Part shown: piece by piece, positions 1 to 12,821 of the stretch
How the letters are laid out: each line of letters begins with the position of its first letter
How positions within the stretch are numbered: position 1 is the first letter of the stretch
Origin: Eledone cirrhosa
Lineage: Eukaryota
NCBI GenBank assembly: GCA_964016885.1
Contig: OZ024741.1
Coordinates: 8,990,001 to 9,054,000, forward strand
Direction: 5' to 3'
Length of the DNA stretch: 64,000 bases
Position numbers and translations under genes: made by a program
The notes under the pieces: model-generated
What the model saw: only the letters and a program-made list of their open reading frames with translations
Databases searched by the model: none
What the model was told of the DNA's origin: nothing

Positions 1-924
1 TAATAATAGTTTTACGGGCTGCTAGTATAATATCTACCTGTGATCGTGTAAGGCTGGACACTCTCATGGCCAACATTAAAGCTTTATTGGGGAGGATGGG
101 TGAAATTGATGTGTAGTAGGCATCAATATCGAATTGGATAAACTTATTAGATTCAAGTCTATTAATCCCGGAGAACCAATCTATAACTTCCTTAGTGTTC
201 CCCCATAGGTTAAAATCAACCTTATCCCTAACATCTGGTATAATAAGGTCAAGGAGTTTTTTACTGATAATGGCTATATCAGACTTAGAAGGACAGATGA
301 GTCTAACAGAGGGGTTACTAATAAAATTAACCTTATGATCCTTAAGAGTGAATCTCGGTTCTCGAGGGTAATATGGCTGGGTATACTTATCGAGGCCGAG
401 GTCAGAGACAATTCTAAGGCCATCACTATTGATGTGGTTCAAATTCTCAAGTGTAGTTTTTTTATAGTTTCTATGCAGCTCCTTATAAATAAAGTCGCGG
501 TAAGCACTATAATCCATGGAGTATAGATTTTTAGTCTTATCCGCCGGGACAAGAATGGACTTATTCTCACCGAAACCCTTAACAATATTTTTAAGTCTAG
601 ACTGGAACTTATCAAAATTATTATAATTTCTATGTCTATTATTTGGCCTATACCTAATATTTTTGACAAGAGAGAGTAAGTCACTTTCAAAACTATCTAA
701 CAGAATATTGTGTGGTGGGCTCTTATACGTTTTGATGCCATAGTTATTAAAAATAGTTCTATTCCTGGGGTCCTTCCTATTCTTATTATTATCATAGTGG
801 AAAGCACGCCATCTAATCCTTTTACAAAGGAGTTAACACTAGCTATCAATAGTTTTTCGTAAGTATTCTTAGAGGGGGTGGGAATATTCTTCAGAGATAA
901 AGGCAGGTAACTCTTTGTTAGCAT
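1..924 (-). pseudogene. Frameshifted N-terminal half of PLE reverse transcriptase
   Basis: ATG at 924 (MLTKSYLPLSLKNIP). The motifs are spread over more than one frame. RT motif FDIDAYYTSI lies at about 105-135. Confidence 0.85.
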
Positions 925-1149
925 ACTGTCAGATGTATATATATAAAGGCCAAAATACCAGTATATATGAGGAAGCTCAACCGATCGGGAGCAGTGACAA
1001 GGGTTAAAATACTGGAGTGTGTTGGAGTTAAACACCCTCTTCGTATTATAGAAATGACAGTAAAAGGTATAGCTCAATGTAGTTAAACAGAGCCGAAAAA
1101 TTAAGAGAGTAAAACAAAGAAGCCTTCAATACATCAAAAGTCTTTATTA

Positions 1150-1187
1150 GCCGACAATGTTTTGTCCTATTAAGGACTCATCAGGGC
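1150..1187 (-). ncRNA. Hammerhead ribozyme copy with core mutation (GAAA to AAAA), probably inactive
   Basis: Reverse complement of the 1470-1507 copy, but position 1163 changes the conserved G of GAAA to A. Confidence 0.7.
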
Positions 1188-1469
1188 AATTAAAACAACA
1201 AGGAGTAATATCGGCAGATACAAGCCAGAAGCTCCGAAGAATATGGAGTGTACATACACTGAAGTATTACAAAAATATATAATAAAAATATATGATAAAA
1301 ATGCTTTGGACTATATTTGTAATATGGTTCTTAATGTTATATACATCCTTAGTAATTTTTATCATATATTTTTATTATATATTTTTGTAATACTTCAGTG
1401 TATGTACACTCCATATTCTTCGGAGCTTCTGGCTTGTATCTGCCGATATTACTTCTTGTTGTTTTAATT

Positions 1470-1507
1470 GCCCTGATGAGTCCTTAATAGGACGAAACAT
1501 TGTCGGC
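1470..1507 (+). ncRNA. Minimal type I hammerhead ribozyme (PLE-associated)
   Basis: GCC-CTGATGA-GTCCT(TAAT)AGGAC-GAAA-CATT-GTC-GGC: intact CUGAUGA and GAAA core, 5-bp stem II, GUC cleavage triplet at 1502-1504, stem I GCC/GGC, followed by AATAAA at 1509-1514. Confidence 0.85.
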
Positions 1508-1552
1508 TAATAAAGACTTTTGATGTATTGAAGGCTTCTTTGTTTTACTCTC

Positions 1553-2013
<461 letters not shown>

Positions 2014-2083
2014 GTTATATACACGTATATTATATTATGTAGACATAGATATAGAGATTAACTAACTTATATTATATAATCCC

Positions 2084-2187
2084 GTCAAGGTTAACTTTGC
2101 CTTTCATCCTTACGGCTTCGATAAAATAAAGTACCAGTAATGCACTGGGGTAAATGCTGGCCTTGTGTCAAAAGTAGAAACAATTAT
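2084..2187 (+). mobile_element. SINE central/3' fragment (GCCTTTCATCC...GATAAAATAAAGTACCAG domain)
   Basis: Same domain recurs at 21042-21108, 21350-21445 (-), 23390-23480 (-) and 25370-25445. It resembles the conserved MetaSINE-type central domain. Confidence 0.7.
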
Positions 2188-2231
2188 GTATATATATATG
2201 TATATATACATATACATATATATATATATAT

Positions 2232-2440
2232 ATGGCTGAGTGGTAAGAGAATTGGATTCACAATCGGGAGGTTGGGAGTTCGATCCCTGGACCGGGGATG
2301 CGTTATGTCCTTGAGCAAGACACTTTATTTCACGTTGCTCCTTCATCCTGGAGTTGCGACCGATAGATAGTATTAGCGATTGGAAAGACCAACGGAAACA
2401 TTGTTCCCTCGGTCCGATTTGACGAAAGTTGATTGACTGT
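2232..2440 (+). mobile_element. tRNA-derived SINE with CORE/V-like domain
   Basis: A box TGGCTGAGTGG, B box GTTCGATCC, then GTCCTTGAGCAAGACACTTTATTTCACGTTGCTC. A second copy lies on the minus strand at 11548-11752. Confidence 0.8.
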
Positions 2441-2469
2441 CGATATATATATATATGTTACACCTCTAT

Positions 2470-2515
<46 letters not shown>

Positions 2516-2779
2516 GTGTAAGGCAATGAAAAGAAAGGCGACAGGTTATCTTACAGAATACTTTGAGTTATTTGTTCTGTCCCTCTGGGTTTTCGTTCTA
2601 ATCCCACCCAGGTCAATATTGCCTATCATTCCTACGAGATCGATATATTGATACTAGGGATCAATTCTTCCTTCTTCACATTTTCGCATATCCCCACCCC
2701 CCTCTCTCTGGAAGTAATTGACTACGTTGACACATGGAGAAAGACAGGCTCAGTATACGCAGCTTGTTATAACGGTAGG

Positions 2780-3145
2780 ATATGTACACACACATACACA
2801 CAAACACATACACACACACACACACATACACACACGGACACACACATATACACACACATACACACACACACACACACACTCACACACACGGACACACATA
2901 TTTATATACATATACATACATTTATTATAATATTAATAATAATAAGTTTAATAGACCAAAATCCAGGGGATGGCAGATAAATGCTTTTATACATAAGTGT
3001 GTGTTTAAACTTTTAATATGTCCAAATAATTATAGATATATATTTATACATCCCTCCATAGATACATACATACATATACACATATATATATATATATACA
3101 TACACATACATACCTATCTACCTCTCCCACCCTCTCTCTCTCTCT

Positions 3146-3224
<79 letters not shown>

Positions 3225-3329
3225 TGTCTGTGTTGAGTTTTTGTTTTGTCTATATATATACATGTATATAATATAATATATATGTATGTATATAAATATA
3301 CACATATATATATATGTATATGTATATAA

Positions 3330-3392
<63 letters not shown>

Positions 3393-3412
3393 TACATAAA
3401 TACATACATACG

Positions 3413-3452
<40 letters not shown>

Positions 3453-3853
3453 TCTCTCTCTATATATATATAAAGAGAGAGAGAGAGAGTATATATTCAT
3501 TCATACATTCTATCGTTCATACATGGACGCGTTGCCGTTATTCACTGTACATAATAGACAAGTATATAAAAAGTGACATTTTTATGCCTTCTTATAAATC
3601 ATCGTAGGCTGTTTTATAGCTATTAATTATTGACATGTATGTATATATTGATATATACGCTACCTAGCATGGGTGTATACAAAAGACAAAACCCTCAACC
3701 GATTAGGACATTTTCAATTTCTTCTTAGTTTTCATTATTTGTTCAAGCAGTGCACTTTCCATCTATATACAGAGTGGCACCTGCACATATTCATACATAC
3801 GAATAAACACGCATATATACACGCATACACATACACACACACACACACACATA

Positions 3854-3932
<79 letters not shown>

Positions 3933-4011
3933 GCGTGTCTATACCAATATATATATGTATAATATTTTTAATGTGTCTACCCTTTCGTGGTGTGTATATT
4001 TACACACACAT

Positions 4012-4048
<37 letters not shown>
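2780..4048. repeat. Compound (CA)n/(TA)n/(CT)n microsatellite region
   Basis: Multiple dinucleotide runs read directly; they are the source of the YIYI/HTHT pseudo-ORFs. Confidence 0.9.
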
Positions 4049-4742
4049 GGGTTACTCAGTACTTTGATGACACGTATTTTAATAGCTCTAACTCTGATTA
4101 TCAATTCTTTTCAGTTAAATGATGACAGACATCAAGCTAACTCAGCAAAAGTCAGGCTGTAATCGTTGCCGTTAATGTAGAGACTTTAATGAGTTAGAGA
4201 TTGCTCCCTTTCTCCATGTTGCACGGTCGTTTCATGTCTGCAAAGGCAAAGGGTAACCGTCTGACCTGCACAAACCGCTTGTTGAGCTCTTTGAAACATC
4301 ATGCGCCAAGAATTCTTTGTATTTCTCTGGACCAAAAATGTCAACGGAAGGAATTCTCTGGTTTTTCTCTGGTTTTTCTCTGGTTTTTCTCAACTGAAGG
4401 AATGACCGATAATTATGGTGAAAGTGTGAAAGATGTAGCAACGGTCATGTACCCAGTTTCCAGCAACTGTGATGGTTCTGGTTGTCACGAGGGAGATGTT
4501 ATATCTCTTTCTTCACGGTTTAAAGGTTAGTGCTGCCGGCTATATAAAGAGGTATTTGAGAGAGATGTCAGGCCCTCCATAGAGACACTCTTTCAAAGAA
4601 GAATGTACCCATAGCAACAAGAATCTGCACAGAATACTCAGTCTGGTGATTCCTCTCTTTATCACATGGTCATCAGACAGAACAAGTAAAATAAATTTAA
4701 TAAAATCAATATTAAAACTCTACTTCGGGATTGAGTACTCTT
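4047..4742 (+). mobile_element. Degenerate Tc1/mariner (DD37D/maT-like) transposon relic
   Basis: Broken plus-strand peptides FMSAKAKGNRLTCTNRLLSSLKH, WFFS, FPATVMVL..(N)EGDV and a QQESA (QQDxAP-like) remnant. Begins TA-TAGGGTTACTCAG. Boundaries approximate. Confidence 0.65.
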
Positions 4743-4801
4743 TTCTCTCATCCGTCAACCACATATGGATAAATATATATGTATATATATAAATATATAT
4801 A

Positions 4802-4851
<50 letters not shown>

Positions 4852-4874
4852 TGTGTGTATGTGTGTATATATGA

Positions 4875-4918
<44 letters not shown>

Positions 4919-4971
4919 ATGTGTGTGTGTGTATGAGTGTGTACACACGCACACACACACATACATATATA

Positions 4972-6284
4972 TACTTGGCGTGGCAATAAAGTCTTTAGAA
5001 TAACCCTTTAAATGAAAATTCACAACATATTGAAACTAAAATTTATTTATTCTGCAAAACATAATTGCCATTGAATGCAATAACATATTTACAGTGCTTA
5101 TGTAAAGCATTTAATTCTTGCTGGAACCATTCCTTCGGCAATTGTCGAAACCAGTGCCACGATTCATCTACCATCTCTTCTAATGAAGCGAAAACATATT
5201 TTCAAAGATGTTGCTTTAATAACTTGAACACCCAACGATTGCACAAATTTAAGTCGGGACTATAGGGTGAGTGTTTGACCATTGTCACTCATCTCCCCTG
5301 GAAAATATATTTTGTCGATTGAGTAGTTTGATGAGTGTAAACTCACAAGAATAACAACAAAATAGACCTGTGACAAAATACAGCATCCATACAGAATATA
5401 ATAGACCTGTGACAAAATACAGCATTCATACAGAATATAATAGACCTGTGACAAAATACAGCATCCAAACAGAATATAATAGACCTGTGACAAAATACAG
5501 CATTCATACAGAATATAATAGACCTGTGACAAAATACAGCATTCATACAGAATATAATAGACCTGTGACAAAATACAGCATTCATACAGAATATAATAGA
5601 CCTGTGACAAAATACAGCATTCATACAGAATATAATAGACCTGTGACAAAATACAGCATTCATACAGAATATAATAGACCTGTGACAAAATACAGCATTC
5701 ATACAGAATATAATAGACCTGTGACAAAATACAGCATCCATACAGAATATAATAGACCTGTGACAATATACAGCATTCATACAGAATATAATAGACCTGT
5801 GACAAAATACAGCATTCATACAGAATATAATAGACCTGTGACAAAATACAGCATTCATACAGAATATAATAGACCTGTGACAAAATACAGCATTCATACA
5901 GAATATAATAGACCTGTGACAAAATACAGCATCCATACAGAATATAATAGACCTGTGACAATATACAGCATTCATACAGAATATAATAGACCTGTGACAA
6001 AATACAGCATTCATACAGAATATAATAGACCTGTGACAAAATACAGCATCCATACAGAATATAATAGACCTGTGACAATATACAGCATTCATACAGAATA
6101 TAATAGACCTGTGACAAAATACAGCATCCATACAGAATATAATAGACCTGTGACAAAATACACCATTCATACAGAATCTCACACACGCACAATAAACTTC
6201 AAATTCCAACTAATATTAACTACATTTACTGCTATATACGGCACACAACCTACTATTGTAAAGACTTTATTGCCACGCCAAGTA
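4972..6284 (-). mobile_element. Internally deleted mariner element with ~31-bp TIRs and TA flanks
   Basis: TIRs TACTTGGCGTGGCAATAAAGTCTTTAGAATA (4972-5002) and TATTGTAAAGACTTTATTGCCACGCCAAGTA (6254-6284), one mismatch, TA on both sides. Minus strand 5043-5280 encodes HSPYSPDLNLCNRWVFKLLKQHL*...FNGNYV, the transposase C-terminus. Confidence 0.9.
5361..6177. repeat. 39-bp minisatellite, ~21 copies, inside the mariner element
   Basis: Unit AATAGACCTGTGACAAAATACAGCATTCATACAGAATAT, head-to-tail, with few variants. Confidence 0.97.
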
Positions 6285-6310
6285 TATGCGTGTGTGTGTG
6301 TCTGTGTGAG

Positions 6311-6342
<32 letters not shown>

Positions 6343-6411
6343 CACACACACACACATAAATATGTATATATATATACACACACACATATATATATTTATA
6401 TATATTTAATT

Positions 6412-7573
6412 GAAAACTATAGCAATAGTGAAATTAATAGGAAAAGGAAATCCATAATACAATTCTTCAACAACTACAACCTTAAGTTAGAAATAGAGAA
6501 TAATTACAAAATCGTTAACTTCTTAGATCTAACCTTAAACCTTAGCTCAGGTCTTTACTATCCTTTCCATAAAACTAACGAAAATCTAAATTACGTAAGT
6601 TTCAATTCTAATCATCCTAGAAGTATTAAAATACTATTGTTAATAGCGTCCAACAACGGATTTCACGCATCTCTGCTAGAATATTTTTGACGATAAGGCA
6701 GAATATTACAATGAGGCTTTACATAGAGCAGGATACTCGAATAAAATTAAATACATAGATAACAATAACATGACAAATCATCTTAGAATTAATTATGATA
6801 ATAATAAACAATTTAATTTAAACACTAAACCAAACGAAAAACTAGAACTAGAAATATTATTTGGTACTCTCCCCCATTCTCATTAAGCGTTAAAACACCT
6901 TTAGCAAAGCTATTTTTTAAAGCACTGGATAAATGTTTTCCTAAAACCCACAGATACCACTGTATTTTTAAGAGACACTATAAAACTATCCTACTCTACT
7001 ACTATGAACATAGCACAAAGTATAAATAGAATTAATAATAGAAACTTAAATTTAAACCCTAACTAAACTAACCAAGATAGCAATAATAATATTTCTAACA
7101 ACAATATTCAGAATAATATTACCGTTCCAAACAACAACTCCAGAAAATGTAACTGTAGAATTAAATCAAACCACCCTTTACAAAATAATTGTTTAGACAA
7201 AAACGTAATTTATAAATGCACAGTTAAAACTAGAGACAAAGTATTTAACTATATTGGTGCCACTTCTACAAAATCCAAAGAACGCTGGTATAACCATAAA
7301 CACACATTTAATTTATCCGATAAAAAATCTTCCACTTCACTTTCACATTTAATTTGGAACTTAAAAGATAACAATATAGACTATTCAATATCTTGGGGAA
7401 CGATTTCGAAAGCACCTGCATACCGAAATATGACTTTCTCAAGATTCTGTAACTTGTGTATCGAAGAAATTTTTTTTTATATTATTAACTGTCAAAATAT
7501 CTATTAATCTTAAAACAGAATTATTTTCTACTTGCAGACATCGCCAAAATTCCACTTTCAGAAGTATTTTTAA
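6412..7573 (+). pseudogene. PLE C-terminal half: RT thumb plus GIY-YIG endonuclease, frameshifted
   Basis: IVNFLDLTLNL...YVSFNSNHPRSI, RNIIWYSPPFS, RKCNCR..PL..NCL, VIYKC...YIGAT...ERWYNHK, LSHLIWNLK, CNLCIEE, ELFSTCRH. Confidence 0.9.
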
Positions 7574-8860
7574 TTTATGATATTCATTACACTTCACTAT
7601 ATCTTATACACATTGAAAATGATCCTATTTTCTTTAAAAATTAAAATTTAAATTTTTTAAATGATATTCCTTCTTAATTTTTAATAGTTCTACTATTTTT
7701 ACCATTTGACATTAATTTTTTAATTTTTTAATATATTTTGTTTTACTATTTTTACCTTTTGACATTATTTTCCTAATGATACCCCTGTAAATATATTTTT
7801 TTTAGATGTAGATCGATAATCTTTAATTGACATTCTGAGAGTTTATCCTCTTTACGATAGTTCTTCGAAATCCACATTACTTTTTTCCTCTTCTTTTGAT
7901 CTTCAAACTTTCACACATCTTTCGACTAAAATAACATATAATTGAAATTAATGTCACACACAATTTCTGAGTAAATCATTCATCAAATTTAACGGTTAAC
8001 AAACAAGATTGGAGTTATCTTTTCCTTTTCAATCGTGCAAACATAAACATTATATTATAATATAATATGTATGATAAACTATATAACTTCGCCAAATTAA
8101 CAATATTCTGAAAACATTTTCAATGTTGGAATAAAATATTTGAATCTACAAATTGTTCTCCTCTTACAACTTGAACTACATGTTTTTTTTATGTAAAATA
8201 CAAAATCAACGTCCTTCGTAACTCATATTAGAAATATAAACAACTAATAATTGTAAATTATTTCTATTTCTATAATACTTATACATGCACAATTATTAAT
8301 CTATATAGATATTTATATACTTACAACCCATTGTAATGTAATAAGATAAAATTTACTTATAACCATAATTCTTCATATAATCTAATTGATTATATATACA
8401 ATATTATAACTCATAATATAGCTAAATAAATTTAAATTCTGGAATCATATTCCACCATTCCCGCAAATTGTTAATTCCTTTTAAATTAACGTAAATACAA
8501 GCCCTTCTTTCTTTTTTTCTTCTTCCTACTCATACATACATATATCCTAATTATTTAAATTCTGCATAGCGTCTAAAACAACGTTTTTTCAACCCTATAC
8601 CTCAACCTCATTTGCATACTCATGTTAATAATTTGAAATATCTGACTTTTATTCTCTTTTCCCTTCACTATCCAAGAAAAACTTGAACCGTTAAGGTATC
8701 TTTTCTTGGTTATGTCAACATTTATAAAACACACTTCGTATTTTATTTGATGATAGCCTACCAAAGTGTTGGTACCCTTGAAATATATATAATAGAATAA
8801 ATATGGTGTTTTAAATATAGTTTCCATGTAATTAATATCATTGTATATATATATATATAG

Positions 8861-8895
8861 TTTCAGAAGATCCCGTTAAGGGTGAAAGCAGCAAT
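8861..8895 (+). ncRNA. Degenerate hammerhead-like motif
   Basis: CAGAAGA-TCCC(GTTAA)GGGT-GAAA. The core reads CAGA rather than CUGA, and stems I and III are poor. Confidence 0.35.
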
Positions 8896-8929
8896 TCTTT
8901 GCTTAAACTTTAATCTGTTATTTTAATAA

Positions 8930-9680
<751 letters not shown>

Positions 9681-10026
9681 ATGAAAGAGAAATTTCTATC
9701 GCAAGTAGGTTAATGTCACCCAATTAGTTCTAACCCCCCCCACACACACACACACACCACCACCACCACCCAGCCCCCACCTTATTAAGGTGTTGATTAC
9801 TCCGCCGGCTTCACTAGTCTCCTTAGTTTGTCACCTTAATTAAACTGAATAAATGAGAGGAATAAACACACACACACACACACATACACACACACATACA
9901 CACACACACACACACATACACACACATATATATATATAAATTGATATTTATATATATGTACACACGTTCGTATGTATATAAGTATGTATTTGTGTATGTA
10001 TGTATAGATATATATGTATGTGTATA

Positions 10027-11190
10027 TGAAGGAAGTGTGGTAAGGAACCAGGTGGACCATAACGCACCAGAGTACTCGATACTTTGGGTAGTAGAGTGGG
10101 CAATAGCCGTCGAAACGGCTTGAGCTCTGCCGTCGGGCTCCTGAAACTTTTCCTATACGTATGTATAGAGAGTGGGACTGGCTTTGTGCAGTGCCTTTGC
10201 TCACTGTAAAAGCTTCACAACACAGGCATTGCTTTATATCTGGAGATCTCTCTGCACTTGTCGTCTCATGGTACCATGGGCCCAGCACTATGTGTCAATA
10301 ATTGTCACAAGTGTAGTGTTTGTACCAGAGTTTTCAAGTCGCTGGCTGTACTAAAAAGTCACACTCGTTCAGCGCGTCGGTAGGGGTTCTCCTACATGGA
10401 TATAAAGTAGTGGCCGTACTCGAAAACGAGTTGGCAGCCACCATATGTATGTATACATGTATGTATGTATGTATGTATATATATGTATGTGCACTGAGCC
10501 AATCCCATTCTCTGAGCGACAGTAGCTATAACCCGAAAAGAAGAAAAGATCAACATCATCGGTAACTACTGAGCAATGACCATACTCGATAACGAGGGGG
10601 CAGCCATCAAATCATGTATGTATGTATGTATGTATGTATGTATGTATGTATGTATGTATGTATTGCTTTATATCTGGAGATCTCTCTGCACTTGTCGTCG
10701 CATGGTACCATGGGCCCAGCACAATGTGTCAATAATTGTCACAAGTGTAGTGTTTGTACCAGAGTTTACAAGTCGCTGGCTGGACTAAAAAGTCACACTT
10801 GTTCAGCGCATCGGTAGGGGTTCTCCTACATGGATAAAAATTAGTGGCCGTACTCGAAAACGAGTTGGCAGCCACCATGTATGTATGTATGTATGTTAAA
10901 CCACTGGGAGTGATGGACCCCTAGCTTTTGTCAGAAGACAACTCAGAAAACTGGGATAACTCCGATATAAAACCTGCGGCTCAGTAGTTACCGATGATGT
11001 TGATCTTTTCCTCTTTTCGGGTTATAGCTACTGTCTCTCAGAGAGTGGGATTGGCTCAGCTCACAGTCTTTCCTCACTTTTAAAAAAATCTTCACGCACA
11101 GGCATTGCACGATAGAATTAATTAATAATTATTAATAATAGTATATCGTGCAATGGTCATACTCGATAACGAGGGGGCAGCCATCATGTA
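10027..11190 (+). mobile_element. Cluster of short RTE-LINE-derived retroposons with (TGTA)n tails
   Basis: Four 3' ends of type TACTCGAwAACGAG..GGCAGCCAyCA followed by TGTATG repeats (~10420-10445, 10577-10610, 10843-10880, 11153-11190). Two carry the C-terminal zinc-finger remnant CSVCTRVxKSLAxLKSH. About 220 bp is duplicated (10227-10445 vs 10662-10880). Confidence 0.65.
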
Positions 11191-11547
11191 TGAATGTATG
11201 TATATGTGTGTATGTATATTTATCTTTGTCTATATATATACACGTCAGTGTGCGAGTGTGTATGTGTTTAAGAAAATGATATTGATTAACAGAAATGGGA
11301 TTGAAAGAAAGAAAGAGAGAAAGAAAGAGAGAAAGAAAGACAGAGAAAGAAAGAGAAGGTCGTTAGAGATATAAAATGTACGTCAGCCCTCAACATCTCA
11401 TCAGCACTTCCCAATCACAATCTCCCATATTTACCCCACCACAACTAGTTACCTCAATTTACAGAAATCCTGATATTCTATACTTTAATAAAAACTGAGT
11501 ATTATCTTGAAGTAAAACAAATGTCAAACACTAGATTTACTATAGGA

Positions 11548-11752
11548 ACGATCGACTTTCGTCAAATCGGACCGAGGAAACAATGTTTCCTTTGGTCTTT
11601 CCAATTGCTAATACTATCTACTGGTCGAAACTCTAGGTAGAAAGAGCAACGTGAAATAAAGTGTCTTGCTCAAGGACATAACACATAAATCGGTCCGGGA
11701 ATCGAACTGACAACCTCACGATTACGAATCAAATTCTCTAACCACTCAGCCA
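11548..11752 (-). mobile_element. tRNA-derived SINE, same family as 2232-2440
   Basis: Reverse complement shows TGGCTGAGTGG, GTTCGATTC, GTCCTTGAGCAAGACAC and the same tail (GGAAAGACCAA...CCTCGGTCCGATTTGACGAAAGT). Confidence 0.8.
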
Positions 11753-12096
11753 AACACCTTCCTTTGCTATAACGTCAATCTAGACAAGCTTATCATCGTT
11801 TTCTACAAAAAGGGAGAACACCACAAATGCACACCCGACACAGATTCGAACCCCGATTAATCTGATCACCTGATCGAGAATTTAGTTCATTTGTTTTGCT
11901 GCAATACTTGTATCGTTTTCTAAACTCTTCAAATTAAAGTCGCAAGTAAAAGACACCTAACCCTTTAGCATTTAAACCGGCCATATCCGGCCAGAATTCT
12001 CTCACCTCTTTCTGTTCAAACCTGCTGTAACTGGACACTCATACTGATATTAAAGTATTGTGCTCAAAATAAATAACATTGAAATCTCATAGATTC

Positions 12097-12586
12097 GATA
12101 TTATGTGAGATATTATGTGAGGTAAAGACTTTACTGTGAAAATACAATAGTATATATAAAGTAATGTAAATGTTATGTGAGATATTATGTGAGGTAAAGC
12201 CTTTACTGTGAAAATACAATAGTATATAAAGAATAATGTAAATGTTATGTGAGATAATTATGTGAGGTAAAGTCTTTACTGTGAAAATACAATAGTATAT
12301 ATAGAGTACTGTAAATGTAATATGAGGTAAAACCTTTACTGTGAAAATGCAATAGTATATATAGAGTAATGTAAATGTTATTTGAGATATTATTTGAGGT
12401 AAAGACTTTACTGTGAAAATACAATAGTATATATAAAGTAATGTAAATGTTATGTGAGATATTATGTGAGGTAAAGCCTTTACTGTGAAAATACAATAAT
12501 ATATATAGAGTAATGTTAATGTTATGTGAGATATTATGTGAGGTAAAGACTTTACTGTGAAAATACAATAGTACATATAGAGTAAT
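12097..12586. repeat. 72-bp minisatellite, left part (~7 units)
   Basis: Unit ATGTTATGTGAGATATTATGTGAGGTAAAGCCTTTACTGTGAAAATACAATAGTATATATAGAGTAATGTAA, with ~59-bp deletion variants. Confidence 0.95.
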
Positions 12587-12821
12587 TTCTTTATTTGCCA
12601 CCAGGGCACAAAAGGTAGGGACAGATACAAGGGGGGAAGTTTACATATATAACTAACGAGTACAAAAATATAACAATGAAATAACAACAACAAACGAAGT
12701 CCTCAATAGGGAGGGGCATTAACATGGGTCGCACACGCCCCGGAAAAAATGTGCAACCCTTCTCCTCAGGAGCACAAAGAGTAGGTGCTTCCCTCCTCTC
12801 CTCTTTTTCCTCTTCTTTCAC

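Larger units (their letters stand above)
6412..8900 (+). mobile_element. 5'-truncated Penelope-like element with long AT-rich 3' region
   Basis: GIY-YIG pseudogene followed by ~1.3 kb AT-rich sequence ending in a degenerate hammerhead-like motif; 3' boundary inferred. Confidence 0.6.

Noticed and set aside
2232-2300. Functional tRNA gene
   Set aside because: A and B boxes are present, but there is no convincing cloverleaf and the sequence continues into a SINE body with a second dispersed copy.
5361-6177. 39-bp repeats as a CRISPR array, or the 288-329 aa repeat ORFs as proteins
   Set aside because: Units are head-to-tail with no unique spacers, there are no cas genes, and the context is eukaryotic. 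The ORFs are open only because 39 is a multiple of 3.
7140-7545. Selenocysteine (UGA) codons in the PLE zinc motifs, as reported for some Naiad elements
   Set aside because: The cysteines of CNC, CNLC and CRH are TGT/TGC here.
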